A DNA stretch of 64,000 nucleotides from a virus. Both the position numbers and the translations under genes were made by a program. The notes under the pieces are model-generated. The model ran no database searches, was not told the origin of the DNA, and worked only from the letters and a program-made list of their open reading frames with translations. The stretch is taken from IMG/VR virus record IMGVR_UViG_3300050034_000334. One strand, written 5' to 3'. Shown here piece after piece: positions 45,401-54,335 of this stretch (positions are counted from its first letter, which is position 1; every line of letters begins with the position of its first letter).

Positions 45401-46670
45401 ACGGAGCAGTGAATGCGGAAACCTTGGGAGCCGGAGCTTCAATCCTGTCCACTTCCATGGAGTGAAGCCGACTGATGGCATCGGCATCATTTGCGACACC
45501 GGGGGTCCTCAGCATTCCAGCGCCCGCATTGCCACTGGTGTTCTCGCCGCCGTTGCCAGCCGACTTGAAATACTCATGTGAACGGAGGGCCTTCTCAGCT
45601 TCCTCCTTGGATGCGTGAGAGTCAAGAATCTTCCCATCCTTGACATTGCACCACGGGGCTTCCTTACCCTCTGAATCCTTGTGACCAGGCTTGTGCTCGA
45701 TGGTTGCGAACTTGGACTCGAACTTGACTGAAGCACCCTTGCTGTTTTCGATGTTCATGTCAGAGGTGAATGATCCAGGCTCTCCGTAATCCGGATGGGC
45801 GCGAATTCCTTCAGGTTCCTTGATTGTGGTCTTTCCCACTTCCTCAGGAGCCTTGATCTCCTCGCCCTTGACTGTGAAGTCCTTGGTCAGTTCAGCCAAG
45901 ACCTGAGTCTCACCAGGTTCCAGACCGTTATTCTCGGCCAGGATGATGGCTGCAGTCTTTCTGCTGAGCACAGCATAAGGCTTGCGAGCCGATGCCTTCT
46001 TGTTGACCTCATCACCCTTCTCCAACTCAGGGAAATTCTTGAGAGGATTTTCAGTGATGAACGGATACTGCATCTTCGGAGTCACGTCACAGACATCCAC
46101 GCGAGCGGTGTCGATGTCAGTGGTGAGTGTTTCGAAAGCACTGGACAAGGCTGGATCGAAGTAGCAAGAGAAGATCAGGTGGCGAACCAGGTTGGCCAGT
46201 TCCTGATCATCCTTCGTGTACTTGAACATGACATATTCGCGAGGATTGGTCCAGGCCGGCAAGAACATGACGATGGATTCATACTTGCCCGACTGTTCGT
46301 TCTTGAAGAGCCGGTCTTTGATCTCCTGGTAGTCGGCCTTGCTGTATTCATCGAACTCGGACTCACCAATCTTGTGCTCGAGAAGATCTGAAACCTCCTC
46401 GCCACCGAACTCACGGACAATTGCTCCGTAGAGGAGAGCCAGAGGGAAGTCTTCAAGGTTGTCTGCCACTGAAGCAGGAACAATCATGACGCGCCCAATG
46501 ACAATGTGCTGACGAAGACCCTCGTAGAAGACCTGAAGAGACTGAATCGTTCCAGAACTCTTGGCCTTGTCCTCGCCCTGTTTGATAGCGGCGACGACTT
46601 TCGCGAGTAGATGATCTCCGATCATGAATGACTGCCAAGATCTTGCGGAGACTGTTCCCATTGGTTGCAT
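42462..46670 (-). CDS. very large acidic modular protein (probable head/internal protein)
   Basis: 1402 aa; more than 15 K-x-A/S motifs; PKAESTE and HEAEVEDH repeats; small Zn modules. Confidence 0.75.
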   Translation of the reverse strand: MQPMGTVSARSWQSFMIGDHLLAKVVAAIKQGEDKAKSSGTIQSLQVFYEGLRQHIVIGRVMIVPASVADNLEDFPLALLYGAIVREFGGEEVSDLLEHKIGESEFDEYSKADYQEIKDRLFKNEQSGKYESIVMFLPAWTNPREYVMFKYTKDDQELANLVRHLIFSCYFDPALSSAFETLTTDIDTARVDVCDVTPKMQYPFITENPLKNFPELEKGDEVNKKASARKPYAVLSRKTAAIILAENNGLEPGETQVLAELTKDFTVKGEEIKAPEEVGKTTIKEPEGIRAHPDYGEPGSFTSDMNIENSKGASVKFESKFATIEHKPGHKDSEGKEAPWCNVKDGKILDSHASKEEAEKALRSHEYFKSAGNGGENTSGNAGAGMLRTPGVANDADAISRLHSMEVDRIEAPAPKVSAFTAPYQKPEEDVPDDGYCDACDRPASECICGKTAATHSRGFSSKASKKAADREARLAKLRPAGVVDAKTADVNMDFDSIWNAITEDLGPAPLVELKETKKSEPKAESTEPKAESTEPAAEPKSEEPKSEPKAEPKEDDYWNADYFAEEQEEHKEESHEHEAEEEAHEEGDHEAEVEDHEKEEDDHEAEVEDHEKEKSASVKKTAGEPQVSNQPFSALLAHDKDLGLVIMGAGAPQQAWVNGIAEMLVEEGIAKAPVFSEAFIIDGNVSGKEGRTDLALIFSPESQPNVGTLAMWRISFGNASWVDDFIANYGKDYGEEKIEWPEEQTDESMSGIYEDEDEDEDNDPHNEVTHKGGSVKKALSNPPEDQDTAKRLEGDTSINDASSEEEDHTGIKIPATEKLDKFAGIVKTAMEFTELDSLVEEMKADGFDAETIHLIFQTALGAINGEDEVVGSGWNDFGLDARTGDLMDELIRTLIQEYNSYEILEAVDAAAEDRSEADMWNNEHSQEGRMASSKKAYPDPGSSTLPEGHEWEEDKGAPDGMNVYTCACGAVYGENAGEAPYFSEGYEPHTPEFDERLKSEREEGQRHHAARDEQAPPEKKCPDCNCTSVQGIQQHYDGCPALREEEEHAKAAKSKKAEEAKHPLDSKPYDLRNAIDPKPKQSKPSGASFNIKDFVKTDPSKKASAFVLVAAEEDLPVVVEGAPKGKTENPETVRKDEREDWVTNSERPITAGFSFFYPGQALQEFYPEIQGEIVDSMPNPAPNEANNPMINDFDVSDAGKYVSTAPSAVGVGIQGQPQILNDSLPLRNEQGIRGIDFMDEYHGQLDDGIPSALLASMRLKKTANKTQDKEQFSEFIKLLVGEIAAAFVSAFKVTSRPVLNKVPGKGSISLEFVESSTSPVSSVGMSAGPGISNGSRIRSLLADLNDTDLQDIINGAWAQSAVWRNDPVDGYIYEVFVRCNKINKDTLTMEYEFITGTKEAE
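44839..45118 (-). repeat. coding repeats (DHEAEVEDHEKE x2; EPKAEST/EPKSE)
   Basis: TGATCCTCAACCTCAGCTTCGTGATC at 44839 and 44881; repeated CTCAGCCTTCGGTTCGG. Confidence 0.8.
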
Positions 46671-46673
46671 GTC

Positions 46674-47225
46674 TTATTCCTCGTTGTTGTGCCGGTAAAT
46701 CTTCTGAATATGGGACAGAAAGTCTCTTACTCCCATAGCACTCTTCATACGATTACACTGCCAACAACAAGGAACTGCATTGCCTTCAGTGTAACCAAGA
46801 GCACTATTGACCCTGTCTATCCCACCATAGATGAAAAACCCAGTATTCTCTGATTTCTTAAAAACCCTACTTGGAATCTCTCCACAGTAAACGCAAGAGG
46901 AAGTGATCAGAGAATCAAATTCTTCGTCAGACAAATCCCATACAATGTTTCTGTTTCTTGCATTTCTAGTGTAAACCTCTTTGATGCCGTTTCTAGCTGC
47001 TACTCCAAAAGGTTTTGCATTGGATTTTCCTGTACCAGAAAGAGATTCCCTTCTCAAGCAACCGCAACTACGCGCATTGCTACTGGTCAGATTGCCACCT
47101 TGAATGCTGCATTCTTTGCCACAGTCACAACGACATATCCAGCGTGCAGGAGTAATACGTCCGTCTCTCCGCATCACTACAAGTCGTCCATATCGTTTGT
47201 CGGTTAAATCGATGAGACGCGTCAT
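46674..47225 (-). CDS. HNH homing endonuclease
   Basis: DLTDKRYGRL..WICRCDCG..SCGC; CVYCG..GIDRVNS..GY..GNAVPCCWQCNRMK; paralogue of 8845-9576. Confidence 0.9.
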   Translation of the reverse strand: MTRLIDLTDKRYGRLVVMRRDGRITPARWICRCDCGKECSIQGGNLTSSNARSCGCLRRESLSGTGKSNAKPFGVAARNGIKEVYTRNARNRNIVWDLSDEEFDSLITSSCVYCGEIPSRVFKKSENTGFFIYGGIDRVNSALGYTEGNAVPCCWQCNRMKSAMGVRDFLSHIQKIYRHNNEE

Positions 47226-47758
47226 ACTTCTCCTATCCTTGCAGTCTCTCGACGAAGCCGTTCATCATTGGTTTTCACCAAATCAGAAAACTGTTTCATG
47301 ACACTGTCAATTGTAGTTCTGTCCAGTCCTGACTCTTTCAGAGATTTAGTATACAGAGTCATTAGCTCAACAAAAACGAATTGGAATTTTGGGCCGTCAA
47401 ACGACAAAAAATCCTTCTTGGAAAGGATATCACTTTCAGTCAGTGATTTCTGCAATTCCCGAAGCATTTTGATTTCGTCATTCAAACTTCGACGCTGTGA
47501 TATGAAGGTGGGATCGGAGTTGCCCAGCAGCACCAGTTCCTTGAGAGCGATGGTCATCTCAATGGTGATCATCCTGGAGATGTCAGCGACCGATGAAGTC
47601 TGGTCCTGCATCTTCACCAGAATGTCTTCGATGTTCGTTTTCCGGTGCTTCGGCCCATCATCCTTCTCTTCTTCTTTCGGAGGCATAGTATTCTCAGGAG
47701 ACGGAGCTACCTTTCCATCTGAGCCATCACTGAGAAATTTGAACTCCTGGTCTTCCAT
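47222..47758 (-). CDS. hypothetical helical protein
   Basis: TAATG-coupled 178-aa ORF. Confidence 0.75.
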   Translation of the reverse strand: MEDQEFKFLSDGSDGKVAPSPENTMPPKEEEKDDGPKHRKTNIEDILVKMQDQTSSVADISRMITIEMTIALKELVLLGNSDPTFISQRRSLNDEIKMLRELQKSLTESDILSKKDFLSFDGPKFQFVFVELMTLYTKSLKESGLDRTTIDSVMKQFSDLVKTNDERLRRETARIGEV

Positions 47759-49077
47759 TAAATCTCCAATGAGAAGTGAGAGCCAACTTCAATCTCGTAT
47801 CCTTTGGGCTGGATGATGTCAATGTCTCCCAGCTTGGCAGTCGACGAGAGGTCGTATTCATTAAGCATCTGATGACCATCTTTCGGTGCACCAGAAGCAA
47901 TCTTGTGGTTGGAAGAAGCCGTGCTCATCCCAGGGAAGCTCAGCAAAGTCCCGCCAGTGAGACCGCAGTGCATGCTGCTGCGATAAGCACAAGAGGAACA
48001 CTTGGGTGCTCCAACGATGGCGTTCTGGACTCCCAATTTCCCCTTGAGGAAACGGCAGTCAATCTGGGAGAGAGCGATCTTGGTTCCTGCAGTCTTCAAT
48101 CCACCCACGAACTTCTTCACGACATCAGCCGCCCGGACTACGCCAGCGGTCTTGACACCGAATGAATAAATCTTCTCGAGGGATGCTCCAGCAGTGTGAG
48201 CCTTGGAAATTGCAGCAACGGTGAATTCCGGAGAGGTGGTCTTGATGGTAGAAGCTGTCTTGGCCGCCGTGGTTCTCTGGGTGACCTTGTCATCCACTCG
48301 GACGATAGGAGCCTTGTCAGCGGTCTTCTGCTCGGCGCCATCACGGATCTTGGCAAGGTGTTCGGCTGCAGTAAACTGCTTCTTTTCCATGAACTTGTTG
48401 GGTTCCCAATAGTCCATGCCGTTCACATCTTCTGTTCCGCCGGCATCCAGATACTCGTGGGCAGAATTCCAGTTGAAGATGACATTTTCAGCCAGCTTCT
48501 TCTTGAGATAGTTGCTGATCTTCTCCTTGGAGTGACCGGCAGCTATGGCCTTGCGAATGCCCGCCCGGATGCTCTCATCAGAGATACGCTTGCCCTTGGT
48601 TTCGACTGTGGTGCCCTTGGCTTTCTCAAGTGAGATTGAGACATCCGCCAGCGCATTGTCATCCGAAGTGACCGCCGCCGCGCGATTCTTCCAGTCGTTG
48701 GGGACGGAAGAAACTCGAACGGTATCAAACGGATCTCCAAGAGGATCTCTGTCGTCGATTGGTTGCGAAACTTGCGCAGTCAAACCCTCTTCAGAGCAAC
48801 CATTGTTATAGCAGCGAAGTACACCCAGTTGGTCCTTCTGCAATGGTTTACTGCATGCCGGGCAATTCTGGTCGTACCCAGAGGCAAAGTGAACACCACC
48901 GTGGACTTCTCCTCGGTCACCTTCAATGGAACGTGTGAATGCCTTGTCAACCTCGTCATGAGTCAGGTTCAAGAGTTCCTGACCAGAAGCTCTGGCTGCA
49001 TTGAGTCCCACATCCTCATAGTCCGATGGTCCGTCAAGGAACGCGTCGATGATACTCGAATACAGTTTTTCTGCCAT
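47758..49077 (-). CDS. modular protein with KTA motifs and Cys clusters (probable virion protein)
   Basis: GGAGG RBS; CPAC..C...C; KTAD, KTAS, KTAG, KIAS; CSSC...HCGL. Confidence 0.75.
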   Translation of the reverse strand: MAEKLYSSIIDAFLDGPSDYEDVGLNAARASGQELLNLTHDEVDKAFTRSIEGDRGEVHGGVHFASGYDQNCPACSKPLQKDQLGVLRCYNNGCSEEGLTAQVSQPIDDRDPLGDPFDTVRVSSVPNDWKNRAAAVTSDDNALADVSISLEKAKGTTVETKGKRISDESIRAGIRKAIAAGHSKEKISNYLKKKLAENVIFNWNSAHEYLDAGGTEDVNGMDYWEPNKFMEKKQFTAAEHLAKIRDGAEQKTADKAPIVRVDDKVTQRTTAAKTASTIKTTSPEFTVAAISKAHTAGASLEKIYSFGVKTAGVVRAADVVKKFVGGLKTAGTKIALSQIDCRFLKGKLGVQNAIVGAPKCSSCAYRSSMHCGLTGGTLLSFPGMSTASSNHKIASGAPKDGHQMLNEYDLSSTAKLGDIDIIQPKGYEIEVGSHFSLEI

Positions 49078-49868
49078 TACAACCCTCCTTGGTATAGGCC
49101 GGACTTGGACCTATTTCTTTCAGCAATTCGAATTGCCTGAGCAGCGCGACGTTCGGGAGTCCATGCCGATACCATTTTCTTGCAAAATTCGGAAGAACGC
49201 TTCTGACCTAGGTTTGAAAGACGACTTTTTAGACGCTCTTCTTGTGAAACTACCCTTCCCTTGGAGGATTCTCTGTGCTTTCGACGAGTTTCATCAGTTA
49301 CACCTGCTCTAATGGCTGAAGAAGAGTTTTCTCTGTAGTCTGGATCTCTCCATAAACTTTCCATTCTTACAGCAAGTAAATCGTAATTGACAGAAGGAGT
49401 TTTTCCCTTCCTCTGAGCACAAAATAGAGCTCTTGTGAAATTTGAATGAGTCCTGCCGGTACTACTGACCCTGTGTTTCTCTCGTGTATCCTCAGAAACG
49501 AACCTTCCTGTCATTGCTACACGCAGCTTCTGCTTTGTGGATTCTGAGGAAGTTCTCCCACGCATAGGAGCACCTGCTTGAAGAGCGATGTTGTACCCAC
49601 TATGAACAGCATCGAAAGCATCAATGGCTAGCTGTTCTTTCTCCAGAAGTTGCTCTGTAGGACAGTAAATAATCACGTCGAATTCAAAAACGGATTCTCC
49701 ATACTTATTGAAGGCATTCTGAAGTTTGGGGTTGTAATGCTTGTTTGTTTTCAACTCTCCGAAGTGTTCCTGGCATCTCTTTGATAAATCGGCACTGCTT
49801 CCTATGTACACTTTTTGGTTCAAAGTGTTTAGTATCCTGTAAACCCCGCAATTTGACCAATCATTCAT
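49077..49868 (-). CDS. GIY-YIG homing endonuclease with NUMOD3-like repeats
   Basis: GVYRILN.LNQKVYIGSS.DL.KR..EH; H.N.KLQNAFNKYG; SESTKQKL/SEDTREK repeats. Confidence 0.9.
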   Translation of the reverse strand: MNDWSNCGVYRILNTLNQKVYIGSSADLSKRCQEHFGELKTNKHYNPKLQNAFNKYGESVFEFDVIIYCPTEQLLEKEQLAIDAFDAVHSGYNIALQAGAPMRGRTSSESTKQKLRVAMTGRFVSEDTREKHRVSSTGRTHSNFTRALFCAQRKGKTPSVNYDLLAVRMESLWRDPDYRENSSSAIRAGVTDETRRKHRESSKGRVVSQEERLKSRLSNLGQKRSSEFCKKMVSAWTPERRAAQAIRIAERNRSKSGLYQGGL

Positions 49869-50191
49869 CAGAACGTGAGATCTCCTAAGATTTGACTCAG
49901 AAAGTTACCAGGTGAATCCGCTGGTGCTCCAGCTATTGACTCTCCGTTGTCAACTTCATCAACAGACAGTCGTATAATCTTTCCTCCCTGTACTTTCCAA
50001 AAGTTTTTTGTTGATACGCACCTGTATGCATTTCCAGCCACACGAATCAGCCCCATCTCCTTTATCTTTTGGCGGAGTTCTGGGGTTATGGATGCTGTCT
50101 TGAAATGATGTTCAGTAGGAGCAGAAGAGGGTTGTTCACTCACCTGTCGACTTCCGCCCAAACCATGACTGCTATACCGAAATCGATCCAT
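49868..50191 (-). CDS. hypothetical protein with KTAS motif
   Basis: GAGGAG RBS; preceded by the GACTTTC motif. Confidence 0.7.
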   Translation of the reverse strand: MDRFRYSSHGLGGSRQVSEQPSSAPTEHHFKTASITPELRQKIKEMGLIRVAGNAYRCVSTKNFWKVQGGKIIRLSVDEVDNGESIAGAPADSPGNFLSQILGDLTF

Positions 50192-50250
50192 TTTCGGACT
50201 CCTCTAAGAAAGGAGTACGAAAGTCTCTTTATGCTGGAGAAGTATTCCTG

Positions 50251-50991
50251 CTATCGGTTTGCCCTAGATACAAAAACGCTGCGCTCGAAATCTGGATCAG
50301 AAACATCAATGCAAAACTCTCCTAGGATGTCCGGATCCCGGAGTTGAATGTGTCCCTGCTTTGATAGTTTCCGTCTGCTGTATCCCATCCCAGACGCACT
50401 CGCCTTCTCAATGAGACCTTGTAGATAGGCACCCAGGGCCTTGCCTTGTCGATTCTCAGACTGCTCCAGAACTTGAGCAGCGCGACGTATAGCTCGACGC
50501 ACATCAGGGCGATGCAAGTGGAATACGTCAGCGACAATCTGAAAACTTTTGGTCTTCTCGTAAAGTTCGATCGCCTTCGACATCTCCATATTCTCGAGCA
50601 AAGTGGACTCAAGTCCTTCCTTCTCCAAAATGCCCTTCATCGCTTCCTGAGTGGGAGGTCCCAGCAGGATGAAAGTGCCCACTCGTTCTACCGCCTTCCG
50701 GATCAGAAACGAACACAGAGTCTGTGTTGTGCGGTGGATGACCGCCAGCGTGTTCTGTGTCTTGGAGAGGAGATAGTAGCTGAGGAGAAGTTCTTGATCT
50801 TCTTTGGAAAGGTAACGGATGATCCTGAGGAACTCGGTGAAGTTTTCTTCCACATAGGTGAAGATGTCATTCTCAGACAAATCCGCCTGAGTTTCCAATG
50901 AAATAGTTGTAATCCCTTCCAGCGATTGGTCCTCAGAAAGGAGAAGAGATCTTTGTGCGGTAACGGCGTCCATGTAAGGTGATGATTCCAT
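50251..50991 (-). CDS. sigma70 region-4-like double helix-turn-helix protein
   Basis: LSKEDQELLLSYYLLSKTQNTLA....TQ.....IRKA and SFQIVADVFHLHRPDVRRAIRRA. Confidence 0.6.
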   Translation of the reverse strand: MESSPYMDAVTAQRSLLLSEDQSLEGITTISLETQADLSENDIFTYVEENFTEFLRIIRYLSKEDQELLLSYYLLSKTQNTLAVIHRTTQTLCSFLIRKAVERVGTFILLGPPTQEAMKGILEKEGLESTLLENMEMSKAIELYEKTKSFQIVADVFHLHRPDVRRAIRRAAQVLEQSENRQGKALGAYLQGLIEKASASGMGYSRRKLSKQGHIQLRDPDILGEFCIDVSDPDFERSVFVSRANR

Positions 50992-50996
50992 GGTAC

Positions 50997-51704
50997 TTAA
51001 CCCTCCTTCTGCCAAAGAACAGCAGCTCCCTTCATACCAATTTCTGACATGCGATTAGGATTTGAGAGAATTTGTTTCCTAGCTCTTTCAGCCTGAGCCT
51101 TACGGCGTTCAGGAGTCCATGCTGATTTCATTTTTGTTGTGATTTTAGATTTCCATTCAGGATCTTGCCAATTTTCTCTTAACTCTTTTGCAGCACTCTG
51201 TATGCCTTTAGCTGTATCTTCGGCAGTGAACTTGTAGTAGTCCTTATCAGCTTTCCTTCTTACCCAGGCTCTTCTCAGTTTGACAATCGCAGAATCGGAA
51301 TGCTTCTTTCCCACTCTTCTAACTTTGATGTCGTCCTTGAATTTTTGCGATTGAGCACGCTTCTTCCCAGCCGCTCTGCAGGCCTCTACTTGCCCTGGCC
51401 ATGTACCTCCATCCCATCCATTTTGTGCTGCGTTGTACCCAGTGTCTCTCAGATGGGACTGTAATCTAAGTATCCAAGCGGACTCTCTGGCTCTCAACCA
51501 GAGTTCGTCTTCAACTTCTTCTAGAATCTCAAAATCCCAAAAATCTGATTGCTTGTTCCAAGCTCTTTGCAGATAAGGATTTCTGTGTTTACCCGCTATC
51601 AAGTCCTTCTTGTGATTTTGAAGACGATTTTCCACGTCTACAGAGGAACCTATGTAGACCTTACCATTTACCAGATTGAGAATCCAGTAAACTCCAGCAA
51701 CCAT
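50997..51704 (-). CDS. GIY-YIG homing endonuclease
   Basis: GVYWILN.VNGKVYIGSS.DV.NRL..H...L..GKH.N.YLQRAWNK; GYN. Confidence 0.9.
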   Translation of the reverse strand: MVAGVYWILNLVNGKVYIGSSVDVENRLQNHKKDLIAGKHRNPYLQRAWNKQSDFWDFEILEEVEDELWLRARESAWILRLQSHLRDTGYNAAQNGWDGGTWPGQVEACRAAGKKRAQSQKFKDDIKVRRVGKKHSDSAIVKLRRAWVRRKADKDYYKFTAEDTAKGIQSAAKELRENWQDPEWKSKITTKMKSAWTPERRKAQAERARKQILSNPNRMSEIGMKGAAVLWQKEG

Positions 51705-51771
51705 TTGGGTTACTCACCTCCTACCCGATATCTATAATACTTCGGTAGAAGGTAGAAAGGGAAATGTGCAC

Positions 51772-52250
51772 TTACTTGTGCATGTAGTACACGGTTATCG
51801 CCCATCCGATAAGCCCACCGACGCCTGAAGCGAGGAAGCAAGACGCAAGCACCATTCCAATAGTCTTCCAGCGCCATTCATCCAGGACAGCAACTTTTGC
51901 TTCCAGTGCTCCATGGACTTTATCGAACCAGTCTTTTCTACCCGACTTTGCTCAAGGCCGGTAATTCTTACTTCCATCTTCCCATGGTTGGCCTCATACC
52001 ATTCCTTGTCAACGAACCGATGCCGAACGTCGTTCAGCTCGACCATCTTTCCTTCGATGGCGTGGTATGCAAGCTCAACAGCCTTCTGTTCTAGAACATG
52101 CTTATCGTCATGACCCTTCTGCCAGGTTTCAAACGTGGTTTCGAGGACAGCCACCTTCCCTTCGTCTGACATCTTCTGCCATGACTGAAAGGTAGCTTCC
52201 AGAGCAGCAAACTTCAGTTCTAGATCCTTGTCACGGTTGTTGTCTTCCAC
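51772..52250 (-). CDS. coiled-coil protein with C-terminal transmembrane helix in the -1 frame (holin-like)
   Basis: The -1 frame after GAAAAG (51933-51938) reads WFDKVHGALEAKVAVLDEWRWKTIGMVLASCFLASGVGGLIGWAITVYYMHK to TAA at 51772. Confidence 0.65.
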
Positions 52251-52264
52251 AACTGACCAACTTC

Positions 52265-54172
52265 CTACTTCCTGACAGGACGAGCACGAGTGAGCTTCGA
52301 ACCGAACTTCTTCGAAGGATCATCGTTGCCCATCCAGTAGTTGTCGGAGCCAGAGGCTTCCTTGACTTCATCCTCGATAGGCTCCTCTTCGACAGGTGGC
52401 GGTGGCAGCGCAGGCTCTTCTTCGATGTGCTCTTCTTCCATGCCCATGCCCGGCTCTTCCTCGGTGTGAATTTCCACACCAGAGTTTTCGGCCAGGTTCT
52501 CGATGGCGCCAGCGGCTTCATCCAGGAGTCCATACACTTCGCTCAAGGCCTCGCCGAACTGCTCCGGCTCTTCCTCAGCCAGCTTCTTCAGGCCGGCAGC
52601 GAACTTGGAGGCTGCTGCCTTCTTCTCGGTCGGACTCGCTGTCTTCGGTGGATCGGAGAGATTGAGATTGTCTCTCATGTTGAGGAAGGAAGCACGAAGC
52701 GAGCCGAAAACATTGGCCAGTTCCGTAAGGGCTGACTTCACTTCCATGGGTTCATTCTTCGCAAGGAGAACCAACTTGTGCTGCTTGGGTGCCGCAGTGG
52801 CTGTTCTCGCCTTCTTGCGATTCGCGATTTTCTTGAGCAACTCTTGACGAGTAGTTGTTGAAGTTGCGGCCATGATGGGTTTCTCCTGTTTTGAAGCGTT
52901 CAAACTTGTGTGCAAGATCTGATTTGGAAGATCTGGAGGAACGGTCACCCGCTCCTTGCGCTCTTGAGGTTGACCAGGTGTGGGAGGAGCTCCTTCACTT
53001 CCTGGAGGTGGTGTATTCTGAGGTGCCCCATTGGGATTCACCACAGGAATCTCTTCTTCCTGACCGGGAGCAGCTGGTGCTGTGCTCGAACCTGGAGTGG
53101 TGTGGTAGTAATCAGCCGTCTTCAGGGAGCTAAGCAACAGAGAGGATTTCTTGGAAGGAGTCTCAACTCCTCCAATGCGATCACGAATCAGATTCAGAAT
53201 GCTGTGTGATGGATCGTACTCCGAGAACTCCATCATCAGCTTGCCGAACTCCTTGTAGAGTTGCTTGAGACGATCGCCGCCCAAGCCGGTGTCACTCTTG
53301 AACTTGTCGAGGAACTCGGACTTCTTGCCATGTTCAGACTCGACAATGTAGTCGAAGATCATCGCCATCACCTTGGCGATCTTTTCAGACTTCTTGGTCT
53401 CCTTGACAAATTCATAGAACTCGTCGCGGATGGTCTTGAGTTCGTCCTCTTCCTCGATGTCCTTCACGCTCCTGTTGGCCTGAGCATGCTCTTCAGTGTC
53501 GAGGATGTTGAACTCGGTACCATCGTCTTCGGATTCTTGAATCAGTGAGACCTGATGCTGTGAAGGCTCCTCTGAATCTTTGCCTTTCTTCCAATCCACA
53601 TGCCTGTCGATGAAGTCTTTGGCATCACTGAGACGATAGCCAAAAATGTATCTCAGATAGCCAGTTATCTGCTTTTCAAGAGGCTTGGTTCTGTCCTCTT
53701 CTGGGACCCTGTTCGGATCGAACTTGGAAAGAGTCTTGCGATCATACAACTCTCTGACGAGAACGTGAGAGATCGCTTCATCCACCAAGTCCTCATCAAG
53801 TCCACCGGCTGCTCCCTCTCCATAGAGACGAGAGATGTAGTTCTTTTGGAACCACTTGTCCCAGTTCTGGGCTTCGTCAATAGGATAACCGGATTCCTTG
53901 ATTGCCTCCTTGACGATCTTGTCGATCTCCAACCCATAGACTGCGATCATTCGCAATGTTGCCACGAAACGCATCATCTTGGGTGAAGTGATCAATCCCT
54001 TCTTGGCCAACTCGGAGGAGCTCAAGGTCAGCTTTTGTGTTCCAGCTATGTTTGTAAGCTGGTATTTCTCTCCAGATGGGGAGGCAATTTTCGCCTTCAC
54101 CCGGAAGGAACGTCCTTCCCTGGTTGTGATTATCTGACCTGGATCAATCGAAATGTGAGCATTCAGTATCAT
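52265..54172 (-). CDS. sigma-factor-like domain fused via KTA linker to a helical acidic module with internal start
   Basis: DLVDEAIS..L......LSKFDP.R.....ITGYL, VSL...DD....ILD and terminal HTH-like segment; AGGAG-N9-ATG at 52873. Confidence 0.6.
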   Translation of the reverse strand: MILNAHISIDPGQIITTREGRSFRVKAKIASPSGEKYQLTNIAGTQKLTLSSSELAKKGLITSPKMMRFVATLRMIAVYGLEIDKIVKEAIKESGYPIDEAQNWDKWFQKNYISRLYGEGAAGGLDEDLVDEAISHVLVRELYDRKTLSKFDPNRVPEEDRTKPLEKQITGYLRYIFGYRLSDAKDFIDRHVDWKKGKDSEEPSQHQVSLIQESEDDGTEFNILDTEEHAQANRSVKDIEEEDELKTIRDEFYEFVKETKKSEKIAKVMAMIFDYIVESEHGKKSEFLDKFKSDTGLGGDRLKQLYKEFGKLMMEFSEYDPSHSILNLIRDRIGGVETPSKKSSLLLSSLKTADYYHTTPGSSTAPAAPGQEEEIPVVNPNGAPQNTPPPGSEGAPPTPGQPQERKERVTVPPDLPNQILHTSLNASKQEKPIMAATSTTTRQELLKKIANRKKARTATAAPKQHKLVLLAKNEPMEVKSALTELANVFGSLRASFLNMRDNLNLSDPPKTASPTEKKAAASKFAAGLKKLAEEEPEQFGEALSEVYGLLDEAAGAIENLAENSGVEIHTEEEPGMGMEEEHIEEEPALPPPPVEEEPIEDEVKEASGSDNYWMGNDDPSKKFGSKLTRARPVRK

Positions 54173-54335
54173 TCTATAGAGGAGGAGGTAGTCGTTTCTT
54201 TGATATCAAAATGATAAAGTGTAATGTCTGAACTATCAGAACCACTGTAGTGAGTGACCTATCCTTATAGTCACGAGCGCAACATCAGACTACGGGATTC
54301 TCAGATTGAGAGTCACCTTTCAGGAGAAATTCCAA

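Noticed and set aside
47222..47758. Terminase small subunit
   Set aside because: Size and helicity are compatible, but no diagnostic motif supports the call
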